A DNA stretch of 58,221 nt, the filler included, from Sphacelaria rigidula (lineage: Eukaryota): NCBI GenBank assembly GCA_964200075.2. It is 7 parts of 7 records of this genome, joined end to end, with 100 filler letters (N's around TTAATTAATTAA, not from the genome) between each part and the next. Parts side by side here need not be neighbours in the genome. Positions count along the whole stretch, not along the records: positions 41,660 to 49,890 come from CAXNAA020011839.1; positions 49,991 to 58,221 come from CAXNAA020011840.1; 5 more parts are not named here. One strand, written 5' to 3'. The notes beneath the pieces were generated by a model that saw only the letters and a program-made list of their open reading frames with translations, ran no database searches and was not told the DNA's origin. Every line of letters starts with the position of its first letter. The stretch's first letter is position 1. Shown piece by piece: positions 47,601 through 58,221 of the stretch. A program made the translations under genes and the position numbers.

Positions 47601-49890
47601 GTGTACAAAAGCAGACCACATAGTATCAACGGAGGCGTAAGGCACTTCGCGATGTGCCAAGAAACCCGGAAACAATGACGGCATCAGAGCTGGATACTGA
47701 TGAGCAACGCTATTGCGGACATAAGTCTGACACATTGTATCGCTCGGTCCATTCTGGCGTCCGACACCCGTCGTACCCGAAACCAAAAGCTTAAAGTCGC
47801 GGAGATAATCCGCGAAGGGGACATCAGATGTGACGACAAAAGAACTCAGCCTTTGGATGACGCTGGCTTGATCACGTTTGTCAAAGTAGCCTATGAGACG
47901 TCTTTCCAAATCAGAGAGTCATTGCGTGCCTGTCTTCCCTTGGGAACGATCCGGATCCATCTCCGCGATGAATCCGTCAAGCACCTGCGTCAAAGAAGCA
48001 GCGAGGTCGGGAAAGCGGCGGCTGATCGATCGATGCATTGCTTTGTGCAAGGGAGTCTGCCAGCCCTCTACCCAGCTCGAGTCTTCGAAACCTTGTGTGC
48101 CAGTCACATCCGCCAAGTGAAGGATGTGACAAACAGTGCGGCGGATGGACGTGATGAGGTAAGAAGTAAACTTGCTCGAATTTTCCTTATCCGCGGCAGG
48201 CACGGTTTTTTTGTGCCAGAGTTTTTTCACATCCATTTGAATATACTGTCTTTGTATCGCAGCTACTCGGGCAGACTCAGCTCTATCGGAAGCTGCTTTT
48301 TTGCTAGCTTCCGAACGTTCTTTGTCAGCCGCGGCGGTTGCTGAAGCGCGGGCTGCAGTAGAGGACAAAGGACGGTCAGGTGTATCCGTATCGGACAAAC
48401 CTAAAATGCGGGCCGAAACATCAGCCAACTTAGGAACCACTTGCCTAAGGGCCTCCGAGCCCGAGGCGGAAAAAGCTGCACCTGACCGATTCCAGGCCGA
48501 TGCGGATGATCCGGAAGAGGTGCCTCCGGTGTGCTTGCCTTTCAGCTTGCGGGGCGGGCGGTTTGATCCGGGGCCGCCCGAAGAGGATCCTCCACCGCCA
48601 TGGCGGCGGCGTGAATTCCCGCCATTGTTGTCATCGTCATCGCGACGATCATCGCGACGGTGATTCTTCTTGTGATCCCGGCAATTGGAGGTCGTGATGG
48701 TCCACCCATCATCATCTTCGTCATCGTTGGGGAGAGTCGTGGCGGGATCAGAGTTAGAAGCGGCGCGTAGCGCCGCAAAAAGGTTGGTGACAGTGTCGAC
48801 GTACCGGTGAAGATGCGGACTATCGCCGATTGTCGCCTGGAGGACCAGTTGGCCCAAGGTGATCGGTGACACGCCAGCGTCCGGGGAGAAGCCGCCCTGT
48901 TCCACGTAGCCACCAGTAACGGCTAACATGCGTTGGGACATGGTGTTCCAAGCGTGTCGGGAACCGTGCAAGTGATTGTTTCGGTGAAAGGGGCCAGTAT
49001 AATCGGCCGCAGACCGAGAAAGCCACACTCGGTCGTGTAATGCAAGTTGCAAGTGTGTGGGGGGGCTGGCAGGGACCGTCGGGCCAGGTGCACGAGGCGG
49101 CGTGGGGGCGGTGACGGCCGCGACAGATGACGCCCTGTCGGACTTACGTGGAATCACGTAGCCCGACCTGGTGTTTGTGGGCGGTCGAGGAGGTCGAGCT
49201 TCAAGGAAGTGGTCGGCGGAAGGCGGCGGGAAGGCTTGATGCTGTGTCACCCGCGCCATCGACGAATCCGCTTCTTGCGTAGTGCGCCAAACACGATCTT
49301 GTAGCTCGCGAATCCTCCTGTTTGCCGTCAAGGCTGCAGTCTGCCCTTCTTCTAAAATGCCCTGTGCGCCGCCGTCTTGGTAGCTTCGGCAAGTGAAGCT
49401 TATCGCTGAATATCCTTCAGATTTGCAGCATGTTCCTCCAAAAGGAGGCGGGCGGCAGCCTCGTCAGCATTGCGTTGCTGGTCTAGTATATTGCGAGTTA
49501 GCGCCGGGGCTTGGAACTTGTAGTCTTGAATGAGCCGTTCTTGTTCCGCGCGAGGGCGGTCCTGGAATAATCTCAAGAGAAGCCCGGTGGGGCAATGCTC
49601 GTCGCCGAGCGGAGGAAGATCTTCCACCGAAGGAGGCGAGCGCACGGAAACGTCCCCGACAGGGGCAGTGGTGGGACCACGTTCCGCATCAGTGTCTACT
49701 GCAGGCTGGGCGGCAGCAGCAGTTGGGGCCGTGGCTGCAGTGGCTGCTGCAGAAGGCGCAGTGACCACGGTAGTGGCGGCTGCGGCGGTAGTGGGAGCGG
49801 CGTTGGTGGTCTCCCTCGTAGGCTTAGCAGCGGTAGTGCACTTCGTGTCCATGGTTGCTGTTGCGAGTTGTCGTTCAAGATCTGTCAAAC
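41660..49890 (-). mobile_element. Decayed Ty3/Gypsy LTR retrotransposon gag-pol filling the whole contig (LTRs outside)
   Basis: Domain order: gag (knuckle CINCSVQGHSMRDC, ~47220-47260), protease (LLDSGSPQTFI, ILLGRD), RT (SPWASPLVVVPKKDG, FDFASGFFQ, LPQG, stop-LDD), RNase H (LHTDTS, NADLLSRLP), integrase (H..H..CFKC, AFDNFGP, LLSDHGQQF, NGGTERVN); many stops and frameshifts. Confidence 0.95.
46612..46836. repeat. ~118-bp degenerate tandem duplication inside the Gypsy gag-protease linker
   Basis: GAGACGGGG..TCGAT.TGAACG.CCGTCAG...GGGCTGTGTTGAAAA occurs twice. Confidence 0.8.
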
Positions 49891-50492
49891 NNNNNNNNNN
49901 NNNNNNNNNNNNNNNNNNNNNNNNNNNNNNNNNNTTAATTAATTAANNNNNNNNNNNNNNNNNNNNNNNNNNNNNNNNNNNNNNNNNNNNAAGCGCTGCA
50001 CGAAACTAGAACTAGCGAAGTGCATGGTTTAAGGTTCCTTCCTGTCCTCTGGGGACAAAAAAAAGAGAAATGTTTCCATACTGTGCGCAGTACAACTTTA
50101 ACAGTGTAATATTGTGTCGTTATCCAGAGTGTGTGTGTGTGTGTTTTGCTATTCATGTCCTGACGGAAAATCATATGCTTGGAAGAAAGAAATCCACACG
50201 CATCTGCCCGGCAGCGGATAAGCATACTTCCTACATGATGACTTTTACTTGTACCATTTTAATTTAGACCGATTGGGGGTGCGGGCGATACATGCAAAAC
50301 CTCAGCATGCTGCTGTGATGAACCACCGGACTGCAACCCTCAACACCACCAGAAACACTTTTTTTCTCGGAAAATCGGGGCTGGGAAGAAAAAAGCCCGC
50401 TATTTACGCACACAAACTGAGCAAGAAAGAATCATGGAACGTCGCCATGAGGGCAAAAACAGAACAGTGTTACTGGTACTATAGAAGCCTAC

Positions 50493-50624
50493 CTTTTGGG
50501 TTTGCGCTTGGCCCTTCCTGTCAGGATCTTGTGCTTGAACCGCCCTAAGCCTGCGCATGGCGGCCACATACTTCAACACTCTGTTGATGGCATCCGCCTC
50601 CATCGCGGCGTCCGGCTCTTCCAG
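50493..50624 (-). CDS. Second exon of the WW-domain gene; resembles the start of the NELF-C/D (TH1) domain
   Basis: TAG acceptor, GTAGGC donor, phase 0-0; LEEPDAAMEADAINRVLKYVAA resembles the D-x-x-ME-x8-Y segment of the TH1 N-terminus (recalled alignment, not computed). Confidence 0.55.
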
Positions 50625-51626
50625 CTACTCCGCGAACGGGTTTGAGGCAGCGAGGGGGTTGTAAGCAATGTCTCGTCAATTGATTGCATTTTTTTTTTTT
50701 TCACGTTGGTGCTCGGTGAGGCGCCTCGTTTTAGCATTCTTCCGTATATACATGCAACTAACCGTCCGCGGTGTGACTTATGGATAACACAATCTCGGTC
50801 GAGGAATCTCGAGATGGAAGCTGTCACCCATGCTGAATGTTAAAAGAAAAGAAAAAAACTTGACACGAAAGCAGAGAGATATCTGATATTAGACTACTTC
50901 CTATGTATAAAAAAACCTCTATGAAAAAACGCGTTTTCTGATAAATGATCAAAAGCCCACTTCTTATGTGATCAGAAAACGTGTTTTTCTATGGAAAATT
51001 TTCCGATAACTAGCGCTTGAAAATGGTTCGTCCAACCATTAACCAGTTGAATGGTTACGCGTAGCGTATTTATTAACCAGTTAAATGGTAGATGATGGTT
51101 TGGTCGTCGAGCGGTGCAGCCGCGAAGCCAACCCCCCCCCCCCGGCAGAGGGGCTCCGTCTTGAAAGGGATGCGTGGTCAATAGTCACACGACTAAGGCA
51201 AGCAACAAATGAGTACGTCCCCCCCCCCCGGCAGAGGGGGCCCCGCTGGAGGCGCCGTGACGGAGGCAGGTTTTGACGCGGTTTGGCTTCACTAGAGCAA
51301 AAATATACGCTAAATTTGGGCTAATTTTCAAGGGTTCTATACAGCATACGCAGCCGGTAACGGCTTATAAAGCCGGTAACGGTAAAGAATGGGTTAAACC
51401 ATTATCCTAAATTTTCATATAACCATTACGATTATTACGATCATAATGATAATGGCCAGTTATGATTGGTAACATTTCCGAGCTCTACTGATGGCATTTT
51501 CCGATGTCCCAAATATATCAGAAATCAGGGTTTTCTTATATATTCGGGATATCGGAAAATATGATTGAAAACGCGTTTGAAATCCCGCCGCACGCCAACA
51601 CACTCTTCAGCCCACGACAGCAGCCA

Positions 51627-52218
51627 TGATGGCTTGGCTGCCATCACCACTGCCATCGCTGGTGCTCGCGGGCAGTCAGCGTCTTCATTCATTGTCCTTC
51701 GCTCGCCAGAATCATGGTGGCTCTTTACCCCATGAGAACAGCGCAAGGCAGGGTCGATGACGAGTCCTTTACAAACACTCTGTATGTAGTTTGCACGGAC
51801 AGTATTGTAGCTCGCAGTTCAGGTCTGTGCATGCAGCGTGTTGCGAACAGCACTCGCAATGCAGTACAGACTGCCCACGCACCCAAGACTTACAGCGACA
51901 GGACCGCACTGACTGTAGACACAAGACCACAGTATACGCAGTGCTACTGCTGTAGTGTCTACAGGGTTTGGGTGCTTAGGCCGTCTGTGCTGTATTCGAG
52001 TGCTGTTTGCAACACGCTGCATGCACAGACCTGAGCTGAGCTACATTACTGTGCAAACTACATACACAGTCTGTACAGCACTCGTCATCAACCCTGCCCT
52101 GTTCTGTTCTCATGGGGGTAAGGGCCATCACGCTACTGGCAAGCGAAGGACAATGAAGCAACACGCTGACTGCCCGCGAGCACCAGCGAGAGCAGTGGTG
52201 ATGGCAGCCAAGCCATCA
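51627..52218. repeat. ~590-bp imperfect palindrome in the intron of the WW gene
   Basis: TGATGGCTTGGCTGCCATCACCACTGC... pairs with ...GCAGTGGTGATGGCAGCCAAGCCATCA; arms of about 270 bp with many mismatches. Confidence 0.9.
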
Positions 52219-52794
52219 CTACAGCCAATGCATACATTACAGCACCGTTGTGTGTACTGTTGTCCGTGCTGTCCTTTCAGTCAAGTACTACCGTGCAGTG
52301 AAAAGCACAACCGTCACTTTTACAGTCAGTTAGTACAGCAAGGCGGTGTTCGTATTGATCGTCTTGCGTCACGCAGCCCACCATGTATTGCGCAGGCAAT
52401 GTATCACAGTAGTGCAGACAGTCAGTACGGACCGTACACCACGACACGACAGCAGAGTGCTGTGTCTCTCTCGCGCGCCCCAGAATTTGAAATAATGCCT
52501 GCACACCTCATAGAAAACGACGAACACTGCGTTTTCAATTTTGACAGTGCGTCCATCATGTAAGAAGGGCTACTTTGAAAAATTATGTGGAAAATCGCAT
52601 TGTTGAAAAACTGCTTTTCTGACAACACTTTTTTTAATACATAAGAAGTAGCCTTGAATGTGAGGTGTATTGGGGAGAGCGCCAAATTGCTGCAATAGTA
52701 CCATATCTAAACCATGGTCATTTGAACTCACTCGTGTTTATTGAAGCACAATCTTCTGGGATTTGAAAGTCCATTGCAAATTCGAAGTCTCACC

Positions 52795-53108
52795 ACTTCA
52801 CGTGACGTGCTCATCACGTTTGATGTAACGTGTAACGTTACATGTAATGTTACGTGTGACGGGTAATGTGTAATGCACATGTAATGTGTAATAGACGTTA
52901 CACGTCACATGAAACGTTTCATATTACGTGATTTGTACGTTTGGGCAATTTAACGTTCACGTTACGTTACGTATGTCACGTTAAAAAATGTAACGTAACG
53001 CTAACGTTTCATTTGAAAATTTAACGTTATGTTCACGTTACGTTTCGGCCAAAATGTAACGTGAACATAACGTGTAACGCTGTGGCACGTGTAACGTGTA
53101 GACCCCTG
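52795..53108. repeat. Low-complexity TAACGT/ACGTTA-rich repeat (both orientations)
   Basis: Dense GTAACGT/ACGTTAC motifs. Confidence 0.7.
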
Positions 53109-55567
53109 AATATTTTAGAGATGGTGATGATAATAGGGCAGGGCTGTGCGTACCCCAGGGAGCGGAGGACTTGCGACACGGAGAGTGATGAGACTTTTGA
53201 CATTACCATGAGAAGGTAAATGACATGGTGGTGCAGAGAAGGTCATGCTACGCAAACGTTCACATCTCACACCCTGGATCAGGTATTCAATTGTCAAAAG
53301 GTGCAGTATACTGTGTAAAGTATCGACTATTGCGCCTATCGCAATAGACAAGATATTCCATACTGTACGCAGTATATGTTTTTATAATGTAATCTTTTGT
53401 CCAGGGTGTGTTACATTTTCAACACGTTAAACATATTATTGGGGTACAAGGCCTGCGGCTAAACGCCGAAGCGCTCAGCGAGAGAGATTTCAGCCAAGGC
53501 AGCGCATCTGTCAGCAGCGATAGTGTTTAAGGGCGTGATGATGTCTGGGGAATGGATAGTCGACAGCAGCAGTCCGTCGAAGGGCGGCGGCATAGTCAGA
53601 TGGGGGCTGGAGCAATGTTGTGTGTGTTGTTGTGTGTTGACATGCCATCTATTCTGGACGCCGGTCTACACCTTTCGGTATACGTGGGTGCACCAGTCGG
53701 GGTCACACAAGAGGAAGGTCAACGCAGGATTTTTTTTTACAAACTGGAGCGATGTGATTAAAAATAACAGATAAATGATGTTTTCTTAACGTCTCTCTGT
53801 CTCTTGTTTTTATTTGGTTTGACTTTGTTTTCTTAGTCTCAGAAGCAACGAGAGCTCTCATCTCTTGTAAGGAATAACAGGGACGTTAACGGGAAAACGA
53901 GCCTACGTCTGTGACCACGGCAGTAGTAATAATAATTGGCGCTGAAAACTTCCGACCGATAACCCCAGCGCCACAGCGGGTGGAGATCGGAGTGACCTCA
54001 CGAAGAACCCACTGACAACGTGTCCGATACGGCCCACTTCACCAAACCACCACACGGTGTGCTTGTGTATGGGTGATGATAGCAGTCTACCCAAAGAACG
54101 GCATGCGTTGGCCACATCTCCGAAGATCGATCCATTCGTTCATCTTGATTGATCGATTGAGGGCGTGTCTTAGCTAATTCGTTTTCGATCGAGAACGGAA
54201 CATGTAGGTCTCAAACTGTTTAAGCGCCGGGATGGGTCATCTGTTGAATCGACGTCATCTCCACTCGAAGAATGACTATGAGACCTGGATCATCCCTGTG
54301 CTGGGGGACACACAAACAAGGGAAGTCGGAAGGAGCCGAACATGTAGATGGAGATGATGGTGCCGATTCGACAGATAGCCCACTCTGGCGCTAGAGGACC
54401 TCCCAACAATATTTACATCGGACTCGGCACTACGTGAGGAGACCATGAAAGAAAAACACGTTGAAAGCCTCTGCGTAAGTAAGTATAAACAGCGTCACTG
54501 GAAGAACGATGTGGGTAAGCGAAAGTAGACGAGATACTCCCCGCCGCAGTGGAAAGGAGTGCCGAAAATATGAGAATGAACAGCCCCACCGATGAATGAT
54601 GGTTCGAAGATGAGTGGAGACACTCTGAAGAGGGGTACGGGGAGAAAAAGTTGAAAGCTACAGAGAAAATTTGGAATGGTGCGGGTAAGAGGAAATGCTG
54701 CGATTTGAGCGCGAACCTCGGATACGGAGAGAGTAGGAGAGATTATTTTGAGGCGAAACTTCGCACAGAAAGCTCCGAGGTGCTGAGAGGCCAGCATTGC
54801 AATCATTTAGAGAGCTTTCGAGCGCTAAGAGGGCAGCAGTCCGACAATTTGAGCTCTAGAGTTCTGACAATGCAGCATCACCGAAAATCGGGAAGAATTT
54901 GAAAGTGCTGAAACACGCTTCAGCAAATGGTACCATGTGGAGTCACCCGTGAACGTAAAAGGACCTATGGAGTCAAATGCACTTCGAAACATCTGATTTC
55001 TAGAGGGTCTGACGATAACCGATCCATTTGAAAAAACGGGATACGGTCAACGTGATGCAACAAAACGGGGGCTGATTTGACGCCGCACTCGGGGGAAACG
55101 GTTTGGTGCATGACATTTTGAAGTGACAGGCCTCCGGCGTGCTCTGAGCTGTTCCACGAACACGATAGGGCAGGGGCGTGGAGCGGTGGGTGTGGTGTAT
55201 GTCGACGAAACAATCCCCACCATTTTTTACATGTAGGTGCCAAGAAGCGCGATCCTGCGTGGGTCATGCGATATGCACAGACAACACTGTAGTTGTTAAT
55301 TACATGAGTGGCATTGTTGCGGTAATCTCTACCCAAACTAAACATGTATGCCTACTTACCACGAGTTACATCATCATCTCCTTCCCACGGTATGTATTTC
55401 AACAAGAGGACACCACCTTACACGTACATTTGCGCGCGCGCGGCGCGGAATGGGAGACCAGCAAAACTTACCCTTCCCCAACATACACAAACGCCCCAGC
55501 TCTACAACGACAGGCATACTTCCATCCTTGAAAGTCCTCCTCAGCCCCCCCTCTTTTTCACGCTCAC

Positions 55568-57175
55568 CCTGCACGCCAGTGCGGCCACTTCCTTCTCAGC
55601 GTTCTGCAAACGCCTTTTCCAATTCGACGCCTCGCCTAACTTTCCCCCTCGTGCTGCCGCGACACCATTTTCCTTCCGTTTTCCGTCTGTCTCTTGTCCA
55701 CCGATACCCTCGTTCGCAGTGCCCCCGCCTGCCGCCGTGGCCGTGGATCGATTTTGCCCTCCTCCACGCGTCTCTCTTCCATCTGCCAGCGCCCCGTTCT
55801 CGTGGATAGGAGATAGCTCTCCTACACCGAAACCACTACTCGCTCCACCGGACGAAGTGCCACCCCGGCTTCCGCCGCCGCCGTCCGCTGGCGAATACGG
55901 AGATGTTCCGAATGCCGAACCGCCCGGGGAAGAAGTAGAAACCGCCGAGTAGCCGCCTTCGCCGCCTCTGCTGCCGCCACCGCGTCGGCCTCGCAGTTCC
56001 TCTCCGAATGCGCCATCTTCATTGTCGTCGTCATTGCCTTCTTCCTCCTCTTCCTCTTCTTCCTGGTCATCAACGCGCACCGGCGAGTAGGTTTCGCCGT
56101 AGGACGGGAAGGCCATGCCTCCGTCGGCAGCGGCCTCTGGCGAAGTAGGTGAGTAGCTGCCTTCGGCTGTTGTAGACCCCGCTGCACCGAGACGATTAGT
56201 GCGTGTCTTTTTCCGGGATGATCGACGAGTAGGTTCAGCTGTTGTAGCGGTAGCACCAGCCGTTTCGGTGTCTGGATCACTTGCGGAACCGGAGGGTCCG
56301 TCGTCATCGGCAGGTGCATATTCCTCGGGAGACGGCTCGGGGGAAGGGGTGCGCGCCGAGTAGTGGGCGGCTTCGTCAAGGGGCGACGATCGAGGTGATT
56401 CCACTGGCGGAGGTGACACAGGAGCGTACTGCTGCCGCAATTGGTCGTCGTCATTGCCATATTCGTTGCCTTCGCTTCTGCCGGCGGACTGCGATACTTG
56501 CTGTCTTTGCTGTGCAGAAGCTGTGCCATCCCCTTCTTCACCACCCGCGGCGATTGAGGTCTGCTCGACCTGAAAGCGCGCATACTCTTCCGGCTTATCC
56601 CAGGTGGATTCCTGCGTGACGTTGTTGTAGTAGTAAATATTGCCGCTGTCGTCCTCAATGGCTGTCCAATCACAAGTTGCTCCCTCCGCTACCACTTGCG
56701 TCTCGTCTGGCGCTTCTTCCGGACTAGCAGGTGCAAACTCCGGATCTACCGCAGGTGGGGTCCCTCCGGTCGCCACACTGCTAGCACCACCATCATCATC
56801 ACCATCACGCACAGACGCCACTCCTTCTGCCTCCTCACCATCATCTCCTTGCCTCACTCCGTCCTCCATTGCCGGTGCTTCCACATCCATAGCCTCGAGG
56901 GCACCGGTGTCATACTCGGCGTCGCCATTGCCGGCGGAAGCGTCGCCATCAGCAGCGGCAGATAACGATGCGCCGGCATCGGTACCACTACCAGTATTGT
57001 TCGTAGCACCAGCGCTGGTGCTGTCATCTTCGCGGGCTTCAAAGTCGTGGTCTTCCCAACCTGCGGGCACGTCCCACTCCGACGCTTCGGTTAGCCGGTT
57101 GTAATAGTAGTGAGACTGTGACTCCTCGTCATATACGCGCTGCCATGGGCATTCTCCCTGCTCTGCTTCTGTCAT
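55568..57175 (-). CDS. First exon of a protein with two WW domains and a long acidic/Ser-Pro disordered region (possible WW-NELF-C/D fusion)
   Basis: WQRVYDEESQSHYYYNRLTEASEWDVP and WTAIEDDSGNIYYYNNVTQESTWDKP are canonical WW domains; ATG at 57175; AGG|GTGAGC donor after 55568. Confidence 0.85.
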
Positions 57176-57824
57176 TTCTGTCAATTTTCGATGTCGCTGC
57201 TACTGCTTTCTGCTGCTGTCGATTGGCTGGATATCAGATTCTAGCGGCTTACCTATCTACTGCCCGTGCTGTAGCGGTGGCGGTGGGTGTGGCGGTGTAG
57301 GCAAGGCTGTTGATTCCAGTTGGGTGTACTGTTGCACCGGGGGATAGGTTCCCTCGGTGTGTGAGCGCGCGGCTTACAGCAGCTGTAATTGGCAATGCAA
57401 AACGCCTCAAGATTTCCTCTGCTTCATCATCGATAGCTGCGACAAAATACGGAGAAAGCTGAATTAAAGGTGGAGTAGAATTTGTAGTACTGGCACCGCA
57501 GCACGGCAGCTCTACAGCAAGGACTGCATGGCAGTAGATGTCGAAACCATTCCGAAATGACCTTACTTGGAAAATGGCAAAATAAATGTACAGCTTGGGG
57601 GGCAGGCCGAACCAGAGGCGTTGTCATTGATACTTCGGTCTCGACCAGACGGCCTTCACGTTGCCGCAGAGAAGGATCCTTCACCAGAGGAACTAGCACG
57701 TAGAATAAGGAATCGGTCTGGACGAATCATTTCCACGAGTACTGGTGGATTAACTGTATCAACATATTTTGCTGTCAACACCGCAGTCTGTGTAGTACCG
57801 TACATACAGACAATACGTGTAGCC
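57176..57824. promoter_or_regulatory. Putative bidirectional promoter/5' UTR region
   Basis: About 650 bp between the divergent ATGs at 57175 (-) and 57825 (+). Confidence 0.5.
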
Positions 57825-57935
57825 ATGCCTAGCGAGCCTCAACCGAAGCGCAATGTATATGTGGGCGGGCTGGAGGAGCAGGTGAATGAGGAGATCCTTC
57901 ACGCTGCATTCGTTCCGTTCGGAGATATAATCGAG
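57825..57935 (+). CDS. PPIE: First exon of a PPIE/Cyp33-type RRM protein
   Basis: MPSEPQPKRNVYVGGLEEQVNEEILHAAFVPFGDIIE matches the YVGGL...LHAAF.PFGDI RRM of cyclophilin E; GTACGT donor at 57936; presence of a cyclophilin domain cannot be seen. Confidence 0.8.
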
Positions 57936-58221
57936 GTACGTCAAGGGTGTATCGCGTAGTCGAACAGGCAGCGCAGTGCAGCACAGCGCAGGACAATACA
58001 ATACCGTGACGGGGGATAGCACCCCCTTCATAGGACAGGGTGTAAGTGCGAGAATTGTCAAGGGAACCAAGGGGCATTCATGGTTTAGTCGAGGGGTGTG
58101 TTGAAGAAGTCACAATATGGCGTGAGGGATGAAGTGCGTGGCTCATAAGTATGATCTCGCCATCATTGAGAGAAGCCCCGACAAGCCCCCCCCCCCCCCC
58201 CTCTTTGGTTAGACACCCATG

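Overview
Eukaryotic, repeat-rich genomic DNA, most likely from a brown alga (Phaeophyceae, Ectocarpales-like). This is inferred from an EsV-1-7 repeat gene, long GT-AG introns and a heterokont-type plastid-targeting signal. The window is NOT one locus: it is seven contigs of 8232, 8232, 8232, 8232, 8231, 8231 and 8231 bp joined by identical 100-nt N-TTAATTAATTAA-N spacers, i.e. a size-sorted concatenation, so gene neighbourhoods across spacers are meaningless. Contig 1: first coding exon of ARL6/BBS3, a tRNA-derived SINE and MITEs. Contig 2: a LINE endonuclease remnant and a 974-aa ORF with about 20 tandem EsV-1-7 Cys/His repeats. Contig 3: a ~2.1-kb foldback element with ~910-bp arms, interrupted by a 3.2-kb internally deleted Ty3/Gypsy LTR element. 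Contig 4: exons of a probable plastid-targeted DUF4336 protein, microsatellites and piggyBac-type MITEs. Contig 5: a FNIP-repeat protein, an internally deleted Copia remnant and a 75-bp tandem array. Contig 6: one decayed Ty3/Gypsy gag-pol. Contig 7: a double-WW protein with a possible NELF-C/D (TH1) N-terminus, head-to-head with a PPIE-type RRM gene. The most interesting signals are the hypervariable positions in the EsV-1-7 and FNIP arrays (modular recognition-code candidates) and Pol II CTD-like YSPTSP motifs in the WW/TH1-like protein. All homology calls are from motif recognition by eye, not from searches.
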